From contig QMIT01000003.1 in the NCBI GenBank assembly GCA_024434115.1, forward strand, positions 157,282-221,281: a DNA stretch of 64,000 nucleotides, read 5' to 3'. Below the pieces are notes generated by a model that ran no database searches, had not been told where the DNA came from, and saw only the letters and a list, made by a program, of their open reading frames with translations. Position numbers and translations under genes: made by a program. This DNA comes from Chloroflexota bacterium (GTDB lineage: Bacteria > Chloroflexota > Anaerolineae > Aggregatilineales > J027). Below are positions 10,394 through 19,785 of this stretch, piece by piece. Position 1 is the stretch's first letter. Each line of letters begins with the position of its first letter.

Positions 10394-11308
10394 TTACTCT
10401 TTCACCGCGACGACAATATCCTGCCAATCCACGACACCCTGCCGACCCGACCAAATGCCATAGCGGATGGGGCCTTCGATTCGCAGGCCATATTTTGCAT
10501 AGAGTCCCCGGATGTAGGCTTCGTCAAACGCAATGGCCTCTTCGGGGACATGCTTATTCCGTGCCCAAAACTCCGCCGTGCGATACTCCATCGGGATATT
10601 ATTCTTGCCCGCCTCAATCAGTTGGCGCGATTCCTCATTTAGCAGAAAGTAAGTAATCAGGCAGCGTCCGCCTTGTTTCAACATTCGCGCAATCTCAGCT
10701 AGATAATTTTCGAGTTCGGCGGGCAGCATATGGGTAAAAACCGAGACCAAAAAAACTAAATCAAAGGTCTGGGCGTCAAACGGAAATATATAATCCGCCG
10801 CCTTGCCGTGCCCTTTGGGGTTATACATCTTGTTGTAAATATCTATGAGTTGAAATTGGAAGTTGGGGTGGGCGGAGGTGATATGCTGCTGACACCATGC
10901 AATACCGTCCGGAACAATATCCATCCCGACATAGCGCCCCTCAGCACCTAACGTCTGGGTTAAGGCCAATGCCATGCGTCCTATGCCCGAACCAATTTCC
11001 AAGACGGCATGGTTCGACTGTAAATGTCCCAACTCTTTGAAATAGACCACAAAGGTCTGCCCTGCTATATCAAAATGATTACGCAGATCGTGGCCTGCAA
11101 AACCATAAATAAAGGCTTGGGAACGTGAGGGCATAGAGGGGTCGGTCTTGCCGCGTACCCGATCCATCCAATCCAAAGTGCAATAATAGATTCTCGCGGT
11201 GTGTTGCCAAAGAAAATAGCGGGCCTGACCGGGGATTAGACTGCGAACAATGCGCTTCATGAATTGAATTATGTCTCCAAATTGAACAAACAGGAAAGCA
11301 TCAATCAT
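10394..11308 (-). CDS. class I SAM-dependent methyltransferase
   Basis: VLEIGSGIGRMALAL motif I and the following Rossmann-like blocks. Start is ambiguous (ATG at 11308 or 11260; the ORF opens with TTG at 11332). Confidence 0.8.
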   Translation of the reverse strand: MIDAFLFVQFGDIIQFMKRIVRSLIPGQARYFLWQHTARIYYCTLDWMDRVRGKTDPSMPSRSQAFIYGFAGHDLRNHFDIAGQTFVVYFKELGHLQSNHAVLEIGSGIGRMALALTQTLGAEGRYVGMDIVPDGIAWCQQHITSAHPNFQFQLIDIYNKMYNPKGHGKAADYIFPFDAQTFDLVFLVSVFTHMLPAELENYLAEIARMLKQGGRCLITYFLLNEESRQLIEAGKNNIPMEYRTAEFWARNKHVPEEAIAFDEAYIRGLYAKYGLRIEGPIRYGIWSGRQGVVDWQDIVVAVKE

Positions 11309-11418
11309 CCTGATCCCATCTGTTTCTGTCAATTGGGAAGTTCAATTTAAGGAGAAGGTGTGCAAAAAATGGAGTTTCGCGGGGGCGCAATCAGGTCTAA
11401 CTGCTAATTTGTTATGAA

Positions 11419-11448
11419 AATGCCCCCATGCAGTGCAATGAGGGCATT
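11419..11448 (-). terminator. hairpin after the csbD-like gene
   Basis: AATGCCC (11419-11425) pairs with GGGCATT (11442-11448). On the minus strand the stem is followed by TTTTC. Confidence 0.35.
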
Positions 11449-11470
11449 CCGTTTGCTCTAGCAGCAGTGG

Positions 11471-11686
11471 CTAGGCTCTTACGTTACGTTCCCATTCCTC
11501 AACTTGACGGCTTGCGGCCTCACGGGTGATGCCATAGGTCTCTTGGATTTTGCCAATCAACTTATCGCGGTTGCCAGCGATTTGTTGCCATTGATCGTCG
11601 GTCAGCTTGCCCCATTGAAGGCGTGCCTCCCCCATCAATTGTTTCCAATTACCAGCAATCTTATCCCAGTTTGAAGGTTGAGACAT
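11471..11686 (-). CDS. CsbD-family general stress protein
   Basis: MSQPSNWDKIAGNWKQLMGEARLQWGKLTDDQWQQIAGNRDKLIGKIQETYG is a textbook CsbD repeat pattern. ATG at 11686 has a GGACGGA RBS. Confidence 0.85.
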   Translation of the reverse strand: MSQPSNWDKIAGNWKQLMGEARLQWGKLTDDQWQQIAGNRDKLIGKIQETYGITREAASRQVEEWERNVRA

Positions 11687-11944
11687 TTTGTTCCGTCCTT
11701 TCCATTCGTTTGAACGCTTACAGAATATATTCAACTGAATTCCAAAACATGGGACAGGTGGTCAAAACATACCCCACCAACTAGGTATCATTCGAAGGCA
11801 CTAACGACCCAGACCAAAACCCGCTCATTTACCCATGCCAATCTTGCTGATTACTTCTAAAGTAAGATGGCCTGTTGAAATCTGCCTACACCCAATCGGG
11901 GCAAAGGCAGGCAATCATATATGGAGATGGTAAGGAGACACATC

Positions 11945-12112
11945 ATGTTAAGTTGGGCGTTGATTTTCTTGGTTATTGCGCTCATTGCTGGGTTAATGGG
12001 ATTCGGAGTGATCGCGGGGACGGCTGCTGGTATTGCCAAAATCCTATTCTTCGTCTTCTTGGTGTTGTTTGTCCTATCCCTGCTGATGGGACGGCGACCC
12101 GTCATTCAATAA
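11945..12112 (+). CDS. DUF1328/UPF0391 small membrane protein (YtjA-like)
   Basis: [57 protein letters not shown] lies 7 nt upstream of ATG 11945. Confidence 0.85.
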   Translation: MLSWALIFLVIALIAGLMGFGVIAGTAAGIAKILFFVFLVLFVLSLLMGRRPVIQ

Positions 12113-12135
12113 CCACCACCAGTTCCTTTTCCACT

Positions 12136-12165
12136 GAAAGCCGTGTCGGACTAGGCTCGGCTTTC
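12136..12165. terminator. shared hairpin between convergent genes
   Basis: GAAAGCCG (12136-12143) and CGGCTTTC (12158-12165) form an 8-bp stem between the DUF1328 stop (12112) and the AAC(3)-like stop (12254). Confidence 0.4.
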
Positions 12166-12253
12166 TACACTTACCTAGCCGCGTTAATCCCTAGACGGGG
12201 TAGCTTGGCAGGACATCGTGATGAATAGACTGACCCATAGAATCCCCCATATC

Positions 12254-13144
12254 TCATTGCCCAAAATGACTTTCAAGCCAACGGATGGCATAGGCTGATA
12301 AATCGAAAGCATCTAATAAGTAGGATTCTGCTTGACCCACTTGGCCGCGCCGCCCCTTGCCTTCTGCTAGATAGGCCATCGCAATCTGTTCAAACGAATA
12401 GTCATCATGGACTTCGCCGGTAGCATAATCTTCAATGTCGAGCCAGATTTTCTGACCATTTTGCAGCACTGGGCATGGGTAATGAATGATCTTTTTGTGG
12501 CGTAGCCTTGCACAATATTCGGCATAATGCAGCAGTGTAATGGTATAGAGCGGCGCTCCAAGTACCAAAACCCGCCCCTTGAGTTGCACTAGTTTCTCCA
12601 AAGGCGAACCCGTTCCATACCCATAATTTAGGGGATGGTCTTGAGTAAGCTGGACAGCGTGGGGGCCTAATGCTACCATCGAGGCTTCAGGGTTGGCGCT
12701 GCGCTGAGTACCGGGCCAAGTCCGCAGGAACTCCACCAAAATACTGTTTTCGCGCACCGAGTGTGCAATTGCAGGGTCAAATGCCGGGTGCTGTGCATAG
12801 TAGACCTGCCGAACCTCCGGCGATAACTCATCTACAAAATCCGGGATGTCCTGCCACCCTGCATACATCATCACTGTGCCAGTGGGTGTCAAGGCTTCTA
12901 AAAGAGCCTGCAAAATCACGTTGGGGCCGCCCATGACGTGGCCTACCGATTTCACCGAGGCGTGCAGCATTACGACCTGTCCGGGGCTTACCCCCAGTGC
13001 CTTGAACCCCTCGAGCAATTGGGTCTGTGTGTAGGGGATAGAATCGCCCACTGTTTGGCTTGATCCTTTCGCTGTACACCCGTTGAGTTTGAAGTCGTGC
13101 GAACGATTTCTATTGGATAGGCCGACCGGGTATATCCTCCACAA
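12254..13144 (-). CDS. aminoglycoside 3-N-acetyltransferase family protein (AAC(3)/Antibiotic_NAT)
   Basis: LGVSPGQVVMLHASVKSVGHVMGGPNVILQALLEALTPTGTVMMY matches the AAC(3) N-terminal core. The ORF opens with TTG at 13144, abutting the pgmB stop. A GTG at 13051 would give a more typical 266 aa. Confidence 0.75.
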   Translation of the reverse strand: MWRIYPVGLSNRNRSHDFKLNGCTAKGSSQTVGDSIPYTQTQLLEGFKALGVSPGQVVMLHASVKSVGHVMGGPNVILQALLEALTPTGTVMMYAGWQDIPDFVDELSPEVRQVYYAQHPAFDPAIAHSVRENSILVEFLRTWPGTQRSANPEASMVALGPHAVQLTQDHPLNYGYGTGSPLEKLVQLKGRVLVLGAPLYTITLLHYAEYCARLRHKKIIHYPCPVLQNGQKIWLDIEDYATGEVHDDYSFEQIAMAYLAEGKGRRGQVGQAESYLLDAFDLSAYAIRWLESHFGQ

Positions 13145-13786
13145 TTACTTGATGTGAAAATCGTGGATGTGAGCGGTTTTGAGACCTTCCGGGAGAACAT
13201 AATGTGCCCGTCCAACCCGCTCATCTGGCCCGATCCCAACGGCATGAAAGCCACCAGCAATTGCGGCGTCCACACCCGCCTCCGCATCCTCAAATACAAA
13301 ACAATGGGTAGGCCACAACCCTAGACGCCCTGCGACCCAAATAAACAAATCCGGCGCAGGTTTATGATTAACCACGCAATAACCATCCCCGATTGCGTCA
13401 AAAAGGGGTTCAATCCCCAAACGCCGAATGACGGTCATGGCATTTTTGCTGGCAGACCCCAACCCTAGTCGAATACCTGTAACTTGGGCCTCTGTAAGGA
13501 AAGGAAATACCCCCGGCAGAAGATCATCGGGAGTGATGTTTTCAAGCAACGCCTGATAATAGGTGTTTTTGCGGGTTTCCATTTCAACCAGCTTGTCTTC
13601 TGGAAAAACCCGTCCTTTGAGGAGTAACTCAAGGCTGCGACGGCGCGGCACTCCCCGTAGGGCCTCATTGTCTTGGCGCGTAAAGGGGATATTTTCTTCA
13701 TCCGCCACCTGCTTCCAAGCCTGATAGTGATACTCGGCAGTGTCCGTTATGACCCCATCTAGGTCGAAGATGAAACCAAGTTCCAT
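13145..13786 (-). CDS. pgmB: beta-phosphoglucomutase (HAD superfamily)
   Basis: MELGFIFDLDGVITDTAEYHYQAW (DxDG HAD motif I). Lies immediately downstream of a GH65 phosphorylase, the classic pairing. Confidence 0.9.
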   Translation of the reverse strand: MELGFIFDLDGVITDTAEYHYQAWKQVADEENIPFTRQDNEALRGVPRRRSLELLLKGRVFPEDKLVEMETRKNTYYQALLENITPDDLLPGVFPFLTEAQVTGIRLGLGSASKNAMTVIRRLGIEPLFDAIGDGYCVVNHKPAPDLFIWVAGRLGLWPTHCFVFEDAEAGVDAAIAGGFHAVGIGPDERVGRAHYVLPEGLKTAHIHDFHIK

Positions 13787-13787
13787 G

Positions 13788-15944
13788 TTATTCCACCGTG
13801 ATTGTCATAGGTGTGCCCCGATAGAAAATGCGGAAGGTCACACGCTTCCAATGTTCAGGCAAATGTGGACGGGTGATCGGGCCATTTTCGGTCAATTCCA
13901 ATCCACACAACCCCTTCACAACCGCCTGCCACACACCACCACAAGAAGCCGCATGGATGCCATCACGGACATTGCCCTTGTGGTCATCCAAATCAAGAGT
14001 GGCCGCATAGATAAAATAGTCGTAGGCTTCTTCATTCAAACCTAAATGAGCCGCGACAATCGCGTGCATGGCCGGACTCAGTGATGACCCGTGATCCACC
14101 ACTCCCGCATATTCATCCCAATTGCGCCGCAGGAAAACATCATCACCTAATTGATTTCCAAGAAGGGCCATCAGCATCACTACATCCGCCTGTTTAATGA
14201 CCCGTGACACTTGCGTTTTGGCATGGCCCAAAATCATGTCCATATTAGTGGTGCGCGGAGTATAGTCCTCTAAGTTGATGGGTTTGAGCCGTTCAAAGAA
14301 GTTCTCGAACTGCTCTAATACCCCATTTTGCATTGGAATCCACATTTTTTCGGCAACCGTTTGCCAGTGACTAAACAGGGTATCTGATAACCCAAGCTGT
14401 TTAGCTAATCGGACAGCATCGGCAGGGTAGTTGTCCTGCAAATACACCCAAACGCCAAGCGCCTCCTGCAAATGCCAAACCACCATACGGTTCGTAAACA
14501 CGCTGTTGTCAATATTTTCGTGATATTCGTCCGGGCCGATTTGTTGACGAAGTTCATAACGATCAAGCGCTTGGTTATATTCGACCCGGCTGCCCCAAAA
14601 TTTGGCCGTATCCAGCACGATTTCTGCCCCGTACTGCCGAAGCCAATCATGGTCGTGCGTCCAGTGCCAATAGTGCAAAATGGCATAGGCAATGTCTGTC
14701 GAAATATGCTGCTCATGATCACCCGTCCAGATGCGAATTGGATTACCATCCAATCCTGTTACCCAGCGCGGGGTGGTTTCTTCACCTGTATCAGCACTCT
14801 CCCACGGGAACATTGCCCCCTGATAGCCCAACTCAGCCGCTTTGTGACGAGCACCCGGCAGATTGTGATAACGATACATCAACAAGCGCCGCGCCAAATC
14901 CGGTTGGGCAAGGGTAAGCGGTGGCAGGATAAATAATTCGGTGTCCCAAAATACATGTCCCTTATACCCATGCCCACTCAGCGTCTTTGCGCCAATACTG
15001 ACCCGCTCTTCATGTGTTGGGCTGGCGATCAGAAAGTGGTAGGTGCAGAAACGGACGGCACGTTGGGCAATTTCGTCGCCTTCAATTTGAATGTCGAAAT
15101 GCTGCCAATAGACATCCCAAGCCTTAACATGAGCCGCATATAAGGCCGCGTAACCGGATTGAACCGCCGAACGGAGCGTATTCACCGCGTCAGTAAGGGG
15201 GTCTTGTCCTTCACGGTTGGTATGTAAGGAGAGCAATTTGATCAGCACCACTTTTTGGTTTTGGGATACCTCAAACTTGCTCTGATAACCTTCCGCATCC
15301 ATTTGGATGGTTGCAGTTGCCCCCTCAATTTGCACATGGGCCGCCATGCCAATTTCATATCCACTTGGCGCGGTCTTCCCATGCAAGGTCACAAAGGGCT
15401 GGGCGTCAACCGATTTGAGAAAGTCCCAATGATTCACATCTTCGTAATGATAGGAAGCCGCTTCGAGAGGGGCCTTCACCTCAATCGTATGTTCGCCTTC
15501 ATTCAAGACTTGCACCAAAACCTGTACACCCATCACATGGGGATTCGCAAGGCTGGCAAATCGCTCGAAAGCGAAACGTATCGTATCACCATTTGGAGAG
15601 CGCCACAGCACCCTCCGCCGCAAAACTGCCTCTTTCAGATTCAAGGTGCGGTCATAGCCGAGGATTTTGCCTTCGCTGAGTTGAAACCAAGCGCCGTTCA
15701 CAGCAATGTGGAGCGACAGCCAATTGGGGAGCGGCACTAATTCTGGCACAATTTGTTCCGAGGTCTGGTTAAATATACCCGCCGCCAGTGTTAAGGCACT
15801 ATCGTTGGGATACCCCTCCTCAAAACTACCGCGCACCCCTACCAAGCCATTGCCGATGGTGTAGATCGTTTCTGAATGTAATAGTTGACCGGGTTTAAAG
15901 GGATATTCGGTCACTTCCCATTGTCTGCGTTCAAAAGACTTCAT
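13788..15944 (-). CDS. glycoside hydrolase family 65 disaccharide phosphorylase (maltose/trehalose/kojibiose type; specificity unknown)
   Basis: 718 aa. GHVFWDTELF and MFPWESA-type GH65 blocks. Paired with pgmB. Confidence 0.9.
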   Translation of the reverse strand: MKSFERRQWEVTEYPFKPGQLLHSETIYTIGNGLVGVRGSFEEGYPNDSALTLAAGIFNQTSEQIVPELVPLPNWLSLHIAVNGAWFQLSEGKILGYDRTLNLKEAVLRRRVLWRSPNGDTIRFAFERFASLANPHVMGVQVLVQVLNEGEHTIEVKAPLEAASYHYEDVNHWDFLKSVDAQPFVTLHGKTAPSGYEIGMAAHVQIEGATATIQMDAEGYQSKFEVSQNQKVVLIKLLSLHTNREGQDPLTDAVNTLRSAVQSGYAALYAAHVKAWDVYWQHFDIQIEGDEIAQRAVRFCTYHFLIASPTHEERVSIGAKTLSGHGYKGHVFWDTELFILPPLTLAQPDLARRLLMYRYHNLPGARHKAAELGYQGAMFPWESADTGEETTPRWVTGLDGNPIRIWTGDHEQHISTDIAYAILHYWHWTHDHDWLRQYGAEIVLDTAKFWGSRVEYNQALDRYELRQQIGPDEYHENIDNSVFTNRMVVWHLQEALGVWVYLQDNYPADAVRLAKQLGLSDTLFSHWQTVAEKMWIPMQNGVLEQFENFFERLKPINLEDYTPRTTNMDMILGHAKTQVSRVIKQADVVMLMALLGNQLGDDVFLRRNWDEYAGVVDHGSSLSPAMHAIVAAHLGLNEEAYDYFIYAATLDLDDHKGNVRDGIHAASCGGVWQAVVKGLCGLELTENGPITRPHLPEHWKRVTFRIFYRGTPMTITVE

Positions 15945-16954
15945 TGACCAAAATCTCCAAGACTGCTTGCTCGAACGACAAGCGTGGGTAAAAGTAGATG
16001 CTGTTGTGGAACAAATGACTCGTCATCAATCTGTTGGATGAGCATCTCAACCATCAACGCAGCAACATCTTGTATTGGCTGACGCACCGAAGTTAATGGT
16101 GGAGTCAAAAATTCTCCCAGTGGTATATCGTCAAAGCCGGTGATCGCGGCACGGCAGCCCCGGTCACGCAGCGCCTGCATTGCGCCCAAAGCAATCGTAT
16201 CGCTCATGGCGACAATTCCGGTTGGAAGTGTTGGTAAATCCAACAAGGCTTGAGCAGCCAGATAGCCGTCGGACACGCGATGTTCCGCAACCACCACCAA
16301 TTCCGGACTATAGGGCACGCCAGAGTCCGCGAGTGCCGCCACATAACCTCGGTAGCGGGCATCCCCTGAGACCGAACCCGCTGGTTCACGGATCAAAGCG
16401 ATTCGGCGATGGCCTTGTTCGATGAGATGTTGGGTTGCCATACGAATCCCATTCATCCCATCCACGTCTACCCAGCAGGTTTCTTCATCCAGAGGAGAGG
16501 TACTCTGCCCAAATGCCACAAACGGGAATTTGATCTTATGCAGGTGCTGGATACGCAGGTCGTAAGGTACGGTATGCGACAAAATAAATCCGTCGACCCG
16601 CTGGCTTTTGATTAGATCATCGTAAACAACTAACCCGTTTTCGGCAGGAGCACGTACCAAAAGCAGATGACGACCACGTTGTTCGGTATAAAACATCGTG
16701 TAATGCAAGAACTCTTCTAAGATAGCGTTGACATCACCCGGGCTAGGGCCAAAGTTCCAAGGATACCCCACGATACGAGCGCGGTTGTCCCGCAGGCTCT
16801 GAGCGCCAATGCGCGGCACGTAACCCAAACGCTCTACCACGTCCATCACCTTTTGACGGGTCTCCTCACTAATATGGCCTTTATTGTTGAGCACGTAAGA
16901 GACTGTTGTGACCGACACACCAGCTTCACGTGCCACTTCCCGAATTGAAATCAT
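15941..16954 (-). CDS. LacI-family transcriptional regulator
   Basis: MISIREVAREAGVSVTTVSYVLNNKG HTH begins at ATG 16954. The longer 407-aa ORF is an upstream read-through. ATGA overlaps with both neighbours. Confidence 0.9.
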   Translation of the reverse strand: MISIREVAREAGVSVTTVSYVLNNKGHISEETRQKVMDVVERLGYVPRIGAQSLRDNRARIVGYPWNFGPSPGDVNAILEEFLHYTMFYTEQRGRHLLLVRAPAENGLVVYDDLIKSQRVDGFILSHTVPYDLRIQHLHKIKFPFVAFGQSTSPLDEETCWVDVDGMNGIRMATQHLIEQGHRRIALIREPAGSVSGDARYRGYVAALADSGVPYSPELVVVAEHRVSDGYLAAQALLDLPTLPTGIVAMSDTIALGAMQALRDRGCRAAITGFDDIPLGEFLTPPLTSVRQPIQDVAALMVEMLIQQIDDESFVPQQHLLLPTLVVRASSLGDFGQ

Positions 16955-17583
16955 GCGTGTTTTTCCTGAGATGATCGAAACTCTGCAAGGCGATTTAAAA
17001 CAGCCGCCGTGCCGATGGCAGCAACAGTGCTCCATGTCAACAAAATCCATAACATGGGAAGAGCCGTACTGACAGCGGAAAGGAGCATAACACCTATCAC
17101 AACAGCGAATGTGAAAAGTGGGTTTTTGAGGGTCATCACTAATGCGTTGCGGGTCGCCCCCCAAACAGACGGGTTTTCCATTTCATAATACAAGGCCCAC
17201 GTATATAACACGATGCCGCACCATGCCAACGTGCTGGCTAACCATGCAAGCCGTAGGCAGAAGACGGTAAAACCCGGCACATGATTATAGGCCAAAAAAT
17301 TGGAAAATGTGACCCCCACAAACAATACATTCACCATACCCCAAGGCAAAGCTCGCCATAAATTCTTGCGGAATGTTTCCCAAAACAGGCCGAGATCAGC
17401 AGTGGTGGGTTCAGTCTGTGTTTCATAGGCCATCCGCACCAATGCACTGTAAGCAGCAGGGGCAGTGACAATCGGCAGCGACAGCAGCAAAAAAGCTAGA
17501 TTGCCCCATATATAGGCATAGCCATTTCGTCGCACACTGTTCATGCCTTGCAAGACCACACCCCACCCCTGCCAAATTGCCAT
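16951..17583 (-). CDS. DUF624 (YesL-like) membrane protein of sugar ABC operons
   Basis: 210 aa with multiple TM segments (NLAFLLLSLPIVTAPAAYSAL...). Typical position after the permease genes. Confidence 0.7.
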   Translation of the reverse strand: MAIWQGWGVVLQGMNSVRRNGYAYIWGNLAFLLLSLPIVTAPAAYSALVRMAYETQTEPTTADLGLFWETFRKNLWRALPWGMVNVLFVGVTFSNFLAYNHVPGFTVFCLRLAWLASTLAWCGIVLYTWALYYEMENPSVWGATRNALVMTLKNPLFTFAVVIGVMLLSAVSTALPMLWILLTWSTVAAIGTAAVLNRLAEFRSSQEKHA

Positions 17584-17589
17584 ATCAGT

Positions 17590-18573
17590 TTATCCTTTTA
17601 GTCCTGTGTAGCTCACCCCTTCTACAAAATATCGCTGAAACATAAAGAAAATCAAGGCTAAGGGCAAGGTGGTAATTACCGAACCTGCTAGAAAAGAGTG
17701 CCAACGAAGCGCCTCACCAAATTCGCCGCGCAGGAATGATAACCCTAGTGGCAGCGTCCACAATTCGCTCTTGGATGAGACCAGCAGCAGCACTTGGAGA
17801 AACTCGTTCCACATACCCTGAAAGCTGAAAATCGCTAGGGCAGTCATGGCAGGAGTAGAAATGGGCAGGATGAGTCGAAAAAAGATGGTAAAGCGACCTG
17901 CACCATCTACCATTGCGGCTTCTTCGAGTTCCTTGGGGATAGATTCAAAAAACTGCTTCATCAAAAACACCCCAAATAGGCTGGCAGAAAACGGAATAAT
18001 CAGGGCGGGATAGCTGTTGAGCAGGCCAATCTCCTTTAGCAATATAAAGCGCGGCAAGAGCAGCACAATTCCCGGAATCATCAACAGGCTTAACACAAAA
18101 AAGAAGATGATCCGATTGCCGGGAAATTTGAGCCGAGCCAAGGCGTACCCTGCCAGTGAATCAAACAAAAGCCGCAGGAACATCACCCCCAATGACACAA
18201 AAGCGGTATTAAATAGCCAGCGTGGTAGTTTCTGATCAAAAATTTCTCGATAACCATCGAGGGTTGGGTTAAAAGTGACCTGTTTAGAAGTCTCATTCGC
18301 TGGGAGAACGGTTTTTCGTTCCCGCCCCGTGTCGTCAATAATGGTGGGTTCACACGTAACATCCATTGGCGGCACAGGCACCAGCGATTGCGGATAGGCT
18401 TGGATGGCAGGCAGGCATTTGAACGAGTTACTGATCGTAAAAAGGAACGGCAGGATTTGTATCAACGCGAAGATCACCAGAATGGAATAGCCAATCGTCG
18501 GCATCGCAATATTGACCATTCGTCTGGTGCCACTGTGAGCCTGTTGGGTTTGGGTGGAGGCAATAGTTGTCAT
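17590..18573 (-). CDS. carbohydrate ABC transporter permease (MalG-like)
   Basis: EAA-loop region ELEEAAMVDGAGRFTIFFRLILP. ATG at 18573 is preceded by AAGGGAGA. Confidence 0.9.
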   Translation of the reverse strand: MTTIASTQTQQAHSGTRRMVNIAMPTIGYSILVIFALIQILPFLFTISNSFKCLPAIQAYPQSLVPVPPMDVTCEPTIIDDTGRERKTVLPANETSKQVTFNPTLDGYREIFDQKLPRWLFNTAFVSLGVMFLRLLFDSLAGYALARLKFPGNRIIFFFVLSLLMIPGIVLLLPRFILLKEIGLLNSYPALIIPFSASLFGVFLMKQFFESIPKELEEAAMVDGAGRFTIFFRLILPISTPAMTALAIFSFQGMWNEFLQVLLLVSSKSELWTLPLGLSFLRGEFGEALRWHSFLAGSVITTLPLALIFFMFQRYFVEGVSYTGLKG

Positions 18574-18586
18574 CTCAGTGTCTCCC

Positions 18587-19684
18587 TTACCAATTGGCCC
18601 GTTCGCCGCCAAAAAATCGGCGCTGCAAAACGGTGAAGATGAAGATAATCACAAACAGAATCATCGCCGTAGCGGTTGCTAATCCCATATTTGAGCCAGT
18701 GCCAAACGCATTACGATAGACCAAGACCGCCACCGTTAACGTCGCATCACCTCCCCCGATGATATACACTTGGTCAAACACTTGAAAACAACCGATTAAT
18801 CCCAACGTAATGACAAAAAATGTCGTAGGCCTGAGCAGGGGAACGGTCACCTTACGGAAGATTTGCCATATATTCGCACCATCAATCGCGGCTGCTTCAT
18901 ACACATAGGATGGGATGTTTTGCAGGGCGGCAAGGAAAATCACCATCAGCGTACCAATGGTTGTCCATGTATTTAAAATCATAATCATCAACATCGTCAC
19001 ACTTGGGCCGCTGATCCAATCCCACGTCCGCAACCCATAATGTTTCTCACTAGCCCAATCACCCACATCGGCCCGGGTAACGCCGAATTGTTTCAGTACC
19101 CAGTGAAACACACCTGTTGAATCATCTGTCCAATTGATGGCTTTATCGCCATAGGCGGGATATAGCAGTTCAATGAAGGCATTCACCAAGCCCCCGCGTG
19201 AAAAAAGCCATAGGAACACAATCGAAATCACCACCGAGGATGTAATCGAGGGGAGATAGGCAATAGTACGAAATGTACCACGTGCCTTCAGCCATTTCTG
19301 ATTGACGATAACGGCCAAAATTAGGGCGATAAGTGTTTGAGTCGGTACTACCCCAATCACATAATAGGTCGTGTTTTTGACAGCGGTGAAAAAGCGGGTT
19401 TGGCGGCGACCTTCTTGGGTCAACAGTTGTTGATAATTGTCATTACCAACGGTTTTAAAGGCATCCTCATCCCTTAGCGGGGTAATGCCATTCCAGTCGG
19501 TGAAGCTGATATACACAGCCATAACCAGTGGAATCACCAAAAACACAATGAATATAATCAACGCCGGGGCTAGAAATAGATAACCCGCAACAGTTTCCTC
19601 AAACTTGGTGGTTCGCATGGTCGCAACTTTTTTGGGAGGCACGGCGGGGACAGGCCCGCTGGTAGGGCTTTTTTCTTCAATCAT
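18587..19684 (-). CDS. carbohydrate ABC transporter permease (MalF-like)
   Basis: YEAAAIDGANIWQIFRKVTVPLL EAA loop. ATG at 19684 (the ORF extends to 19753). Confidence 0.9.
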   Translation of the reverse strand: MIEEKSPTSGPVPAVPPKKVATMRTTKFEETVAGYLFLAPALIIFIVFLVIPLVMAVYISFTDWNGITPLRDEDAFKTVGNDNYQQLLTQEGRRQTRFFTAVKNTTYYVIGVVPTQTLIALILAVIVNQKWLKARGTFRTIAYLPSITSSVVISIVFLWLFSRGGLVNAFIELLYPAYGDKAINWTDDSTGVFHWVLKQFGVTRADVGDWASEKHYGLRTWDWISGPSVTMLMIMILNTWTTIGTLMVIFLAALQNIPSYVYEAAAIDGANIWQIFRKVTVPLLRPTTFFVITLGLIGCFQVFDQVYIIGGGDATLTVAVLVYRNAFGTGSNMGLATATAMILFVIIFIFTVLQRRFFGGERANW

Positions 19685-19785
19685 GGGAACCCTTTCTGTC
19701 AATAAATCTAGTTGGTGAGGTGCAAAAACAAAAGGAAGCATCCCCTCTACCAATGGCAGATGGAACGCTCCCTAACAGAAAGTCT

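Noticed and set aside
11857-12228. ORFs of 82 aa and 117 aa overlapping the DUF1328 gene.
   Set aside because: The 55-aa DUF1328 frame has a consensus AAGGAG RBS and a recognisable family sequence. The others are alternative frames.
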